Source: Candidatus Poseidoniaceae archaeon (lineage in GTDB: Archaea; Thermoplasmatota; Poseidoniia; Poseidoniales; Poseidoniaceae). Taken from it: a DNA stretch of 64,000 nt. A program made the position numbers and the translations under genes. Positions within the stretch are counted from its first letter, which is position 1. Every line of letters starts with the position of its first letter. Positions 1 to 9,292 of the stretch are shown piece by piece. Where the stretch lies: contig JAOMTZ010000003.1 of the NCBI GenBank assembly GCA_028356125.1, positions 25,557 through 89,556 on the forward strand, given 5' to 3'. The notes below the pieces were generated by a model. It was not told the DNA's origin. It searched no databases and saw only the letters and a program-made list of their open reading frames with translations.

Positions 1-583
1 TAATAATCTAAAACAATGCGTGGCAGAGGGGCAGTATGAATATCCTAAGGCCATCCAGTATGGTGGAAATAAATTACAACCTGGTCCAGATTTACTGCTT
101 AACTGGCTCGATAAAACGTTAGAAGGCGTGGATAAAATATGGGCTATCGATTTGCATACCGGTCTTGGTCCCAGCGGCCATGATACTCTGCTGGTATCTG
201 CAGGAATGGCTAGTGATAGATACTCTCATTTGGAGAAAATTTTCCCGGGCCATGTAGAGAGCCTTGACCCTAATTCTGGAGTTGGTTACGAAATTGTTGG
301 AGACCTGCACCAAGGTCTTGAAGACAGGTATGATAAAATTGAGTGGACATCAATTACGCAAGAGTTTGGAACTTTCAAACCGGTAAAGGTTCTGAAAGCC
401 TCTCGTGCAGAAAACCGGTGGACTCAGTGGGGCCAATATCTAGATCAGGTTGATGCCAGAAGGCATTGGAGTAGGGAACAGATGTTGCGTACATTCAATC
501 CAAAGGATGAGTTGTGGCAAGCAAAAACTACTCATCGCGGAAGGGTTGTATTTACCACAGCAAGGACTGATTTACTTTCATGA
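1..583 (+). CDS. DUF2817 / M14-like metallopeptidase family protein, 5' partial
   Basis: Frame is open from position 2; contains the IDLHTGLG motif and ITQEFGT, typical of DUF2817. Confidence 0.65.
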   Translation, partial: NNLKQCVAEGQYEYPKAIQYGGNKLQPGPDLLLNWLDKTLEGVDKIWAIDLHTGLGPSGHDTLLVSAGMASDRYSHLEKIFPGHVESLDPNSGVGYEIVGDLHQGLEDRYDKIEWTSITQEFGTFKPVKVLKASRAENRWTQWGQYLDQVDARRHWSREQMLRTFNPKDELWQAKTTHRGRVVFTTARTDLLS

Positions 584-594
584 AGTGTTTAGCT

Positions 595-822
595 TCAATT
601 AAAAATATTATATTTCTCTCTTAAAGCGATTTCAACTAATCTTTCTTTTTCTGATTCTGCGAGTTCTGATTCGCCACTACCTATTGTTTCAAAGAATGCA
701 ATCCATTTACCAACATTCTGTTCAGAAGTATTGGTTAGGGTTAGAAGTTGATCTCTCTTTTCAAAATCTTCACCTAAATGTGCCCTATATGCTTCAATAA
801 ATAAATCAATTATATCTTTCAT
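595..822 (-). CDS. small hypothetical protein (75 aa)
   Basis: ATG-started ORF converging on the previous gene in AT-rich DNA; no recognised motif. Confidence 0.5.
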   Translation of the reverse strand: MKDIIDLFIEAYRAHLGEDFEKRDQLLTLTNTSEQNVGKWIAFFETIGSGESELAESEKERLVEIALREKYNIFN

Positions 823-965
823 AACTCGATATCAAGATAGGGATATTTGAACCTAATGAATATAATTTGGATTTTATATTGAGATATCTGAGGGAGAATA
901 CTTGTTAGGATTCAAAACGCTGGTTTAAGTGTAAGAGTTGTAATCTGCTGCTAAGTGATTAAGAT

Positions 966-1148
966 ATGAGCGGAAAAATAGCAAGAGTAGGATTAGTAGC
1001 AAGCATGTTATCTGTAGCGTTGTCGTTGTACATTTACTTCATTACACCCGATGAAATGTTAGGTGTATTTGTAGGTCTTTGGGCTCCGACCCTCATCCTC
1101 GCAGCCAAAGAGTTTGATGAGTTGTTAGAAGGTTCCCCTAACGAGTGA
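966..1148 (+). CDS. small two-helix membrane protein (60 aa)
   Basis: Two hydrophobic segments and a GVFVGLWAPT motif that resembles a widespread small membrane protein family. Confidence 0.6.
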   Translation: MSGKIARVGLVASMLSVALSLYIYFITPDEMLGVFVGLWAPTLILAAKEFDELLEGSPNE

Positions 1149-1199
1149 ATCAATGTCTCCTCTCCCGGTAAGTAAGGGATGCCTTGGATAATTTGTGAA

Positions 1200-1286
1200 T
1201 GGTGCAGAGGGCAGGATTTGAACCTGCGAACCATTACGGACTGGGACCTCATCCCAGCGCCTTTGACCAAGCTGGGCGACCCCTGC
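1200..1286 (-). tRNA. tRNA-Leu(GAG), CCA encoded
   Basis: Minus strand reads GCAGGGGTCGCCCAGCTTGGTCAAAGGCG-CTGGG-AT-GAG-GT-CCCAG, then a long variable arm and GGTTCAAATCC...CTCTGCACCA. Acceptor, anticodon and T stems all pair. Confidence 0.95.
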
Positions 1287-1330
1287 AGCAAGTTTGCGAC
1301 CTAACCCGTCTATATCAACAGCGCGCAGGC

Positions 1331-2164
1331 TCAATAGAAGACTGAGCAGCAGGTTAGAGAACCATCTGCCGCTCTAATTTGGCTCATATCGAGTAGAATG
1401 CACTCGAACCCACGACTTTCTAATTCGGTCTGAACTGCCGGATATCCTTCTGCCATCAGTACTTTGTTTCCAGGAAGTCCGATTGTATTACAGCCGTAGA
1501 CTTCTTCCTTTGGCATCACAATTACCTCGCACCCTTCAGGCATCTCGCCGAATGATTCGGGGGTTAGGTATCCCTCTGGTATCAAAATTAAATTGTCAGA
1601 AGGTGTTGATGAAATACTTGTCAAATGCAATGCCTGTGAGGGAATGTCGATTACTCTCAATTCGTGACCTAGGTGATCTAATAGGTCTTTTAATTCTGAA
1701 ATTCCAGCATCGTTTGTCCTTGTAGATCTACCTACAAAGAACAAGTCTCCCATTCTTAGTATGTCGCCGCCATCCATCATTGCCGGCGGCTCCATCTTGC
1801 AGATTTGGTGCCCTTGGAGTTGGCCGGATAGGAAATCTGCAATTGGAGGTTGTTCGCCTCTACGAGATTCGTGCCCAGGTACTGGAAGTAGAACGTGCCC
1901 ATCGATTACAACCGCTTGGTCTTCTACGAATACGCAATCGGGGTAATCTTGGTCTGCTTCAAGGGTTGTAACATCTACTCCGTTGGCCGATAAAGCGTCG
2001 GCGTAGGCTTTGTGTTGGCTTTTTGCAGCAGCAATGTCTGTTGGCCCACTGCCAAAGTAATTTGCTATTGCATTGATGTAAGATTCTGAAATAGACCGTA
2101 CGATTGCCCGTGATTTTTGGTCGAGGCGTACGGTTGCCATCGTTAATTCGGGCTGATGGTCCAT
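1331..2164 (-). CDS. dimethylarginine dimethylaminohydrolase / amidinotransferase family
   Basis: Motifs DCVFVED, DGGD, ALHL and C-terminal GSLTCCS (catalytic Cys). Confidence 0.85.
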   Translation of the reverse strand: MDHQPELTMATVRLDQKSRAIVRSISESYINAIANYFGSGPTDIAAAKSQHKAYADALSANGVDVTTLEADQDYPDCVFVEDQAVVIDGHVLLPVPGHESRRGEQPPIADFLSGQLQGHQICKMEPPAMMDGGDILRMGDLFFVGRSTRTNDAGISELKDLLDHLGHELRVIDIPSQALHLTSISSTPSDNLILIPEGYLTPESFGEMPEGCEVIVMPKEEVYGCNTIGLPGNKVLMAEGYPAVQTELESRGFECILLDMSQIRAADGSLTCCSVFY

Positions 2165-2259
2165 GTATAATGCTTATCCTCTATCCGGAAAATCAATTCC
2201 GTACAACGGTATGAGATTCTGACCATATGTTTCAACAATACGATAGTTGTCGGGGGCAC

Positions 2260-3852
2260 ATGGATGCTGCACGCGCTATACTGATGGTCGCGGTGATGTC
2301 CCTTGCCCCACTATCGGGTTGCATCGGTGAAGAGGGAGATTCTGGATCCATTTCCGCTGATAGTCTGAATGTGTGGCCAGACATTATTCCAGGAGGAGAT
2401 TGGACCGTCATCAAATTGGATGCCGATAGTGACATGAGTGTTTTTGTGCCTTACTTTGTTCAAGACCCGGGTTCTATGAGGGCTCAAAATGGCACAGTGT
2501 TTGATCTTAAGCAGGGCGAGTCGGTTTCGGTGAGCATCCTATTCCCTCCAAGAAACGCTGAGGTGTTTTTGCTAATTGGAGACTATGGCCGGGAGAACTG
2601 GCCAATTCGTGCCGCTGGTATTTCATGGACAACATGGGATAGTGGAGTTATTGAAGGGGAATCTTCAGTAATGGCTGTTGAAAATCAAGATGATGGTGGC
2701 GAGTGGCCATGGATTGTTCCCGGTAATGAGAATGGAGGAGAAGTAATCACCAAATCTCTGAAAACGGTACGATTCCAGAGAGCTGACCTAACTGATGCAG
2801 ACGGTGTTGGAGCCAGTGGAGGCTGGGTCAACGGGCGAGATGTGTATGACTGGGTTGATTTCATCACAGACGATACGCCTTGTGCAACCTGTGGAGCGGA
2901 TGGCGCCGTTGGTTATCTCGACCGATGGATTGGGAATTCAAACCCCTCTTACGAACACGCTATCACCTATTTCGAAGGTGTAATGCAAGGCTACGGCTTA
3001 GACTCTGTCGAAGTACATAGATTCCAATCGAATACGGCTTGGGCTGTGAACATTTGTGGCTACAAGGTTGGTTCGGTTTATCCCGATGAGTGGTTAATTT
3101 TTGGCGCTCATTTCGATATCGCTCCCCCCGTGGCTTACACGCCAGGTGCCCAAGATGGTATTCCAGGATACGGCACCAGGCACGGCGCCTATGACAATGC
3201 TGCTGGATCTAGTATGGTACTAACCACTGCAAGTGTTTTGGCAGAATTTGATGCTCGTAGAACAATGGTATTCTGCCTCTGGTCTTCCGAAGAAGAAGGT
3301 TTGTGGGGCTCTAGGTCATTTGCAAACGACTTACCAGACGGCGTTACTGTAAGCAACTACCTCAATCTTGACATGGCGGGAGTGAACTATCCGGGAGATT
3401 ACGCACTCTCTGTCTACCTAGGCCCTGACGGCACAGAAGAAGAAATTGACCAAGCGGGCATGTTCCATTTAGCCGAATGGATTGGTGGTGATGCACTCGA
3501 CCTTGGTAACGAAATGGAACGTGGCAGAGAAGCATGGCTTGAAGGCGGAGAAAGCCCACTTTGGGGTGACATTTACGAAGATACTGTGGCGATTTACGAA
3601 TCTCCAACCGCTCGAAGTGACCACGACTCGTTCCAAAACATCGGAGTCGCTACACTAGGTTGGAATGGTTTGGTAGATGGTTATCCGTGTTACCACCGAG
3701 AGTGTGATACTATGGAAACCATGATTGAATATATGGATACAGCAGATTCGACAGGGATTAACAATCTAGTTCACTCGTGGGATATTGTAACATGGTGGGC
3801 CGTCTATGCTTTCTTGCATATGGACCAAACACCAGTCCCAAATGAACTGTAA
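2260..3852 (+). CDS. M28 family metallopeptidase with lipobox-like signal (start refined to ATG 2260)
   Basis: Motifs GAHFD, GAYDNAAG, SEEEGLWGS, NLDMAG, RSDH; N-terminal LAPLSGC. Confidence 0.85.
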   Translation: MDAARAILMVAVMSLAPLSGCIGEEGDSGSISADSLNVWPDIIPGGDWTVIKLDADSDMSVFVPYFVQDPGSMRAQNGTVFDLKQGESVSVSILFPPRNAEVFLLIGDYGRENWPIRAAGISWTTWDSGVIEGESSVMAVENQDDGGEWPWIVPGNENGGEVITKSLKTVRFQRADLTDADGVGASGGWVNGRDVYDWVDFITDDTPCATCGADGAVGYLDRWIGNSNPSYEHAITYFEGVMQGYGLDSVEVHRFQSNTAWAVNICGYKVGSVYPDEWLIFGAHFDIAPPVAYTPGAQDGIPGYGTRHGAYDNAAGSSMVLTTASVLAEFDARRTMVFCLWSSEEEGLWGSRSFANDLPDGVTVSNYLNLDMAGVNYPGDYALSVYLGPDGTEEEIDQAGMFHLAEWIGGDALDLGNEMERGREAWLEGGESPLWGDIYEDTVAIYESPTARSDHDSFQNIGVATLGWNGLVDGYPCYHRECDTMETMIEYMDTADSTGINNLVHSWDIVTWWAVYAFLHMDQTPVPNEL

Positions 3853-4198
3853 TCTCGCGTAATTTTATCCCAATACTGTTACTTAGTGTATTGATTAGAC
3901 GGGTTTACTTGATACATGAAGAAGGTTTAATCTAGGAATAATAGACTGATTATCCTTCGATTAGAGGCGTTGTATCCTCATCTTCGGATCTAACCATCTT
4001 AGCCCAGAGATATTTTGTTCGCCGTGGTCTACAAACTCCTTTTGAACATCTCTTCTTCCTAAGCAACTCATGAATTAGCGGCGCTACTGTTACCATATTC
4101 TCATGTAATAATTGGACTTGGAAGATTATCAAACCTTCGGATTAATGATTCATCAAATAATCGCAGCATTGAGAAGGGATTGCGTGCACGGGGAAGAT

Positions 4199-5956
4199 AT
4201 GCAGCGTTCAATAACAGCGGGATTTCTCGTCCTGTTGTTCTGCCTAGCGCCACTCAGTGGATGCTTTGGAGAAGATAATGATGCTTCAATCAATTCGGAT
4301 GACGTAACCATCACTCCTGGTATTTTACGAGGTGGTGAATTTCAGGGCCTAACTATTGCTGCAGATTCGGATATGTCTGCTTTCGTACCATATCTTATCA
4401 TGAATCCTGAAAATGGGTTTGTACAAAATTCAACTGTCGTTGACTTAGAGGCAGGAGAGTCCGTACTACTAACAATATTAGCACCGCCAAGGACGGACAC
4501 TGCAGTGATAATGCTCGGCGATATTGGGCGAGAAAACTGGCCGATTAGAGACTTAGATGAATCTTGGAGAACCTGGTTCGCTCGCGATGGTCATGAGAGA
4601 GATGACAATCAAGGAATTGTTAGATTATCAGGTGATACAATTGATACTGTTGAGTCTAGCACTAGTAACGGGGGCCCCGCGATAGCGGTTACAATTCCTA
4701 TTGAACGACCTATGGCTGCCGCTTTCTCTGACGCTGACGGAGGTCGGCATTCCACTGGTGTTGTAAATGGAAGAACGACATATGATTATTTGTCGATGTT
4801 ATCTGATGAATCAACAGATCCTACCGATCTAGCAGACGGGGCCATAGGTTATCTCGATAGATGGGCAGGACAAGGTAATGCTGCTTACGAAGATGCTGCT
4901 CAATACTTGATACAGACCCTAGATAGTTTTGGGCTAGAAGTTATCACGCAGCGCTTCGTTTACGATTCGACTGAGACTGGTGCACAAAATCCAGAAGCAT
5001 ACAATGTATGTGGATATCGATTTGGTGAAGTAGACCCTGACAAATGGATGGTTTTTGGAGCACACTTTGACATTGCACCTCCTGTCAATGGAGGAATGCT
5101 TGACCCACACATCTTTGGTAGAACATATGGAACTAGGGTTGGAGCGTATGACAATACTGCAGGTACTAGTATGGTACTAACTGTAGCAGAAGCAATGGCG
5201 GGTTACAAGACTCGAAACACGATGGTGTTCTGTCTATGGTCCGGCGAAGAAGGTGGAAAGAGGGGTAGTGATTACTGGACTGATGAATGGGTCAAAGAAG
5301 ATAATCCAAACGTTGAGGTTACCAATTACGTTAACTTGGACATGGCTGGAGTAAACTGGCCGGGCGGCGGAGGAGCTCCTTGTGGTAATGGCCATGGGGG
5401 CGGTGAAGGAAATTGTGATCCTAACCCTGCTATCGACCCCGATGGTTATCCAAAAGATGAGGAAGTTTGGCCGATGAGAGTATACATTGGACCAAGTGTA
5501 GATCACGATGTAATGAATCAGCCAGGAATGGTAAATCTAGCTATGTGGATTGGTTCGGACGCTATAGGAGTTGAGGACCAAATGGCCCCATTGATTGGAG
5601 AAGGCCATTCTGCTGAAACCTGGAAAGTAGATGATTGGTTGGTTAAAGATAGGCCTGAAATTATTGTTTATGAGGACACTACTGCCCGTTCAGATCATGC
5701 TACATTCCAAGATAATTTAGGAACAGTAACCATGGGGTTCGGAGGTTTAGTTGATGGGTATTGGTGCTACCACCAAACTTGTGATACTCTTGATGAGATG
5801 GAAGATTGGATGGATACAACTGGGAAAGATTACGGCGAAGAGCATAGTGGTACAAGCAACCTCGTAGATGCACTCGACACTATCACTTGGTGGGCAACTT
5901 ACTCTTTCTTCCACTTGGATGAAAATCCAGTACGTAATTCGTACTTGGAAGAATAA
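4199..5956 (+). CDS. M28 family metallopeptidase, tandem paralog (start refined to ATG 4199)
   Basis: Motifs GAHFD, GAYDNTAG, SGEEGG, NLDMAG, RSDH; N-terminal LAPLSGC; colinear with the upstream paralog. Confidence 0.85.
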   Translation: MQRSITAGFLVLLFCLAPLSGCFGEDNDASINSDDVTITPGILRGGEFQGLTIAADSDMSAFVPYLIMNPENGFVQNSTVVDLEAGESVLLTILAPPRTDTAVIMLGDIGRENWPIRDLDESWRTWFARDGHERDDNQGIVRLSGDTIDTVESSTSNGGPAIAVTIPIERPMAAAFSDADGGRHSTGVVNGRTTYDYLSMLSDESTDPTDLADGAIGYLDRWAGQGNAAYEDAAQYLIQTLDSFGLEVITQRFVYDSTETGAQNPEAYNVCGYRFGEVDPDKWMVFGAHFDIAPPVNGGMLDPHIFGRTYGTRVGAYDNTAGTSMVLTVAEAMAGYKTRNTMVFCLWSGEEGGKRGSDYWTDEWVKEDNPNVEVTNYVNLDMAGVNWPGGGGAPCGNGHGGGEGNCDPNPAIDPDGYPKDEEVWPMRVYIGPSVDHDVMNQPGMVNLAMWIGSDAIGVEDQMAPLIGEGHSAETWKVDDWLVKDRPEIIVYEDTTARSDHATFQDNLGTVTMGFGGLVDGYWCYHQTCDTLDEMEDWMDTTGKDYGEEHSGTSNLVDALDTITWWATYSFFHLDENPVRNSYLEE

Positions 5957-6862
5957 TCAGAATTGTTCTGCGATTAAAGTTGCTAAGTCGATTGGACTAA
6001 GTGTTCCTGTCCACCATGATATGATTATTGCAATGAATGTAGCGAATGTTGCAAACCAAACTGTTTCATTCCAATCTTTGATTTTAGCACCATCAAGTGG
6101 TCCGAATGGAATCATATTGAAGAAGCCTAATCCAAGGTTTGCTGCTATCCACCAGAATACTATTCCTCCAATCATTGCTTTTAGATTAATAGCTCCCCCG
6201 GAAAGATATGTTCCATCTACCATAGCATAAGATTCCGCATTCGCTAATCCAAGAAGTATTCCTCCGATTGGTATACCGATTAGGAATAATCCAAAATTAA
6301 CCGCAGGGCCTGCTATAGCGATATGCCCGTTTTGTCTTCGAGTAACTAAACCGGCCACCATTACAGCGCCGGGAGCCATGAATACAACTCCAAGGAACGC
6401 TGCAAGCCCAACTCCAATTTTCAAACCCCCTGGATCTGCTCTAAATTCAGCCCAACAGCCATATTTTTTTGCAATTATTTTGTGCCCGATCTCGTGAAGA
6501 ATAAATGCCGGGCCGACCGCCAGAAGCATTACTGGCATTGAAAGAAGAAGTAAAGCAAACCATTGGCCGGAGTTATCGAATTGGTTTACACCGAACAGGC
6601 CGCCAACCCTCATCAGCCCTAGAGCTAGGGTAAAGGCTCCTGTGGCGAGTAGTAGGTGGTGTTTCTCTTCCTTACTGAAGTGCCAAATATTTCCCTTGTG
6701 TAATTGGACTGGTTGGCGATTATTGATTCCAAACATTCCGCCTTTCATATCAAAATGAATAGTACCGTCGTCACTTCTTTGGGCATGAACGCGGTGTATT
6801 TTCTGTGATGGCCTTGGGAACAAATCATCCTCTAGGATGTCAGCCCTCGGGTCCCTCGCCAT
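5957..6862 (-). CDS. site-2 protease (M50) intramembrane metalloprotease
   Basis: HEIGH and NMIPFGPLDG motifs, multiple TM segments; start refined to MARDP. Confidence 0.88.
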   Translation of the reverse strand: MARDPRADILEDDLFPRPSQKIHRVHAQRSDDGTIHFDMKGGMFGINNRQPVQLHKGNIWHFSKEEKHHLLLATGAFTLALGLMRVGGLFGVNQFDNSGQWFALLLLSMPVMLLAVGPAFILHEIGHKIIAKKYGCWAEFRADPGGLKIGVGLAAFLGVVFMAPGAVMVAGLVTRRQNGHIAIAGPAVNFGLFLIGIPIGGILLGLANAESYAMVDGTYLSGGAINLKAMIGGIVFWWIAANLGLGFFNMIPFGPLDGAKIKDWNETVWFATFATFIAIIISWWTGTLSPIDLATLIAEQF

Positions 6863-6948
6863 ATTGTGTTCTCCGCGCAGAAGGATTTGAAGCCTCGCTT
6901 GAAGCCTCATGAGAAAGGATTCATTGCTACTTGGGGCTAGGAGGGGGT

Positions 6949-7641
6949 ATGGCGATGCCTCGTAGAGCGATGAAAGACTTGGGTTTCCAAGCTTGTTGTC
7001 TACGGTGTGATGCAAAAGATATTGCTGGAACTGAGAGGTGTAGATCGTGCATATCTCACCATAAAAAAGTCAGAGATCAGATTGCAAAGGCCCCGCCTTC
7101 AGATGAATTATTTCAATTTGCTAGAGACTTACTAGCCATGGCGGCATCACCTAACCGATATGATCATGATGAAGTTCACGGGCCCACCCTAAGAGAACAA
7201 CAGATGTTGGCAAATTCTCTTACTGAATCTAAACCACTACCAACAAGTGAAGATATTGAGTCGGTGTTTGCTGAACAGGCAAAAAGAGACAAGTCTAGTG
7301 TCATTCAAACTGTTGGTAATCAAAACCCTTGGAAAGATCAATTGCCGCCTGAAGAGGTTTTGGAATACATGGCAAGTACACTGGAAGTAGAAGAAATAGA
7401 CCATGGATCAAGAACGGTTCCAAGCCGCCCCATTGCCGCAGTAGACCGTTCAGATAGGTTAGGTGAAGACAGAAAAATGGTTGATAAGATTGAGGCGGGA
7501 AAGGCCTCTTCTGAAGCCCCAGAATCCCTGAAAGAGGTTATAGAATCTGAAACAATTGCACAGAGAGAGTTGGCGAGAAAAGAATGGGAAAGTGCCCAAT
7601 CTGGAGTTTCAGAATTGTTAGATGATGATTTAGACTTATAG
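6949..7641 (+). CDS. hypothetical protein with N-terminal Cys-rich (Zn-binding-like) segment
   Basis: CLRC...CRSC pairs, then a charged helical region; divergent from the S2P gene. Confidence 0.65.
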   Translation: MAMPRRAMKDLGFQACCLRCDAKDIAGTERCRSCISHHKKVRDQIAKAPPSDELFQFARDLLAMAASPNRYDHDEVHGPTLREQQMLANSLTESKPLPTSEDIESVFAEQAKRDKSSVIQTVGNQNPWKDQLPPEEVLEYMASTLEVEEIDHGSRTVPSRPIAAVDRSDRLGEDRKMVDKIEAGKASSEAPESLKEVIESETIAQRELARKEWESAQSGVSELLDDDLDL

Positions 7642-7704
7642 TCTTATAGAAAGGTGTTTACTATAATCCCCTACTAGTAGGCAGAAGGCGTTATTGCTGT
7701 TGAT

Positions 7705-8442
7705 TCAACTCTCACAGCCCTCAAGAGTGTAACTCACTCGAGTCGTTCCCTTGCCCTTGTTTTTCTTACCTAAGAATTTCATTTCACCAATCTCTGCTAG
7801 TGCCCTGACATGAGTGCCTGCGCAGGGGCACAGATCGGCATTATTACCAATTTTTACAACACGTAATTGCTTCACTGAAATTGGTAGTAGGTCCATATTA
7901 GTTCTATCAGGGGGCATTATTGCATTGATTTCATCTCGAGTCATTATAGAGTCTGTAACTTCTAGATTTGATTCGATTACTTCGTTGGCTTTATGGAATA
8001 AATCATCGATTATTTCCTCTGTAAACTTAATTGGATTGAAGTCTATTCTCGAACGATTGGTGTGTATTTGGTTACCAACGGTTCTAGCTCCATTATACAT
8101 CTCATACACCAATCCACTGACTAAATGCTGTGCTGTGTGCATGCGCATGTGGGCATGCCTTCTATCCCAGTCTATTTTCCCCTCAATAGATTCGCCAATA
8201 GTTAATCCGTGGTCTTCTCCTACGAAATGTTGGATGTCTCCACGACCCCTAACTTCGGTTACGTCGAGTTTTCCGCCGTCCCAATTTATGACACCAGTAT
8301 CCCAGTTTTGGCCTCCACCTAGTGGATAAAATAGGGTTCTATCTAGTGTTACTGAGTTTTCATCAATAGCGATTACTTTGGCTTTGAAATCCCTTAGATA
8401 ACAAGCATCGATGCTTTTCATGTACAGTTTTTCACTCGCCAT
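7705..8442 (-). CDS. alaX: alanyl-tRNA editing protein AlaX
   Basis: HTAQH and CPCAGTH Zn-editing motifs; start refined to MASEKLY so that it does not overlap purQ. Confidence 0.9.
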   Translation of the reverse strand: MASEKLYMKSIDACYLRDFKAKVIAIDENSVTLDRTLFYPLGGGQNWDTGVINWDGGKLDVTEVRGRGDIQHFVGEDHGLTIGESIEGKIDWDRRHAHMRMHTAQHLVSGLVYEMYNGARTVGNQIHTNRSRIDFNPIKFTEEIIDDLFHKANEVIESNLEVTDSIMTRDEINAIMPPDRTNMDLLPISVKQLRVVKIGNNADLCPCAGTHVRALAEIGEMKFLGKKNKGKGTTRVSYTLEGCES

Positions 8443-8467
8443 GTAGTAAGGATGTGGCGCTTCTTTC

Positions 8468-9292
8468 TCAAAGGTTTGCTTGAGCGTATTCAACTGCGTT
8501 GCGGAAAATCTGCATTCCCTCAGCAAGTATCTCTTCGCTAACTTCGTTTCTAGTGTGGTGAGGATGTAGGAAGGTCGCATAAGCCGCCTCTGGGTGCGGC
8601 ATTAGGCCAAATACAAGGCCTGTTGGATCACAAATCCCTGCGATGTTTCTGATGCTACCGTTCGGGCAAATTGGGAATGGTAGTGTTTCATCAGTGATTC
8701 CGTTTCCTGGCTCTGTTGAGGGATCTACATATCTTGTAACAATCTGATTATTACTGTCTAGTGAATCTAAATCAACAGTTGAAGGCATGACAAATCTGCC
8801 CTCTCCGTGCCTAACTGGACATTCTATTCTTGTAATTCCCTTGGTCCAGATACACGGGCTTTCAGGGTCAAACTCTAGAGTGACCCATCTGTCTTCATAT
8901 CGGCCACTATTGTTCAGAGTAAGACTGGCTCTTTGTTCAAAGTCGGGTACTTCCTTACCAGGTAGTAGCCCTGTTTTAACTAGGACTTGGAATCCATTAC
9001 ATATACCAATAATCGGCTTACCTGCTGCTACAAATGCCGATAGTTGTTCCCTCATAGCGAAGCGCATTCGATTACCTAGAAGTCTGCCTGAACCGAGGTG
9101 GTCTCCAAAAGAAAACCCACCCGGGACTGCCAATATATGGAACTCTGAAAGGTCTCTATCGCCGTTGACGAAGTGATTGACATGAACTCGTTCGCTGGTT
9201 GCTCCTGCTAATTCGAAAACAGCAGCAGTTTCTCTATCACAATTGATACCGAAACCGAACAAAACAGCAACCTTTGGTGTTTCAACCATCAC
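8468..9292 (-). CDS. purQ: FGAM synthase glutaminase subunit PurQ
   Basis: Motifs GINCDRET, GGFSFGD, GICNGFQ, MPHPE. Confidence 0.93.
   Translation of the reverse strand: MMVETPKVAVLFGFGINCDRETAAVFELAGATSERVHVNHFVNGDRDLSEFHILAVPGGFSFGDHLGSGRLLGNRMRFAMREQLSAFVAAGKPIIGICNGFQVLVKTGLLPGKEVPDFEQRASLTLNNSGRYEDRWVTLEFDPESPCIWTKGITRIECPVRHGEGRFVMPSTVDLDSLDSNNQIVTRYVDPSTEPGNGITDETLPFPICPNGSIRNIAGICDPTGLVFGLMPHPEAAYATFLHPHHTRNEVSEEILAEGMQIFRNAVEYAQANL

Noticed and set aside
7670-7681. Perfect 12-bp palindrome CCTACTAGTAGG between convergent genes
   Set aside because: It is a single short occurrence that could arise by chance; no second copy was seen.
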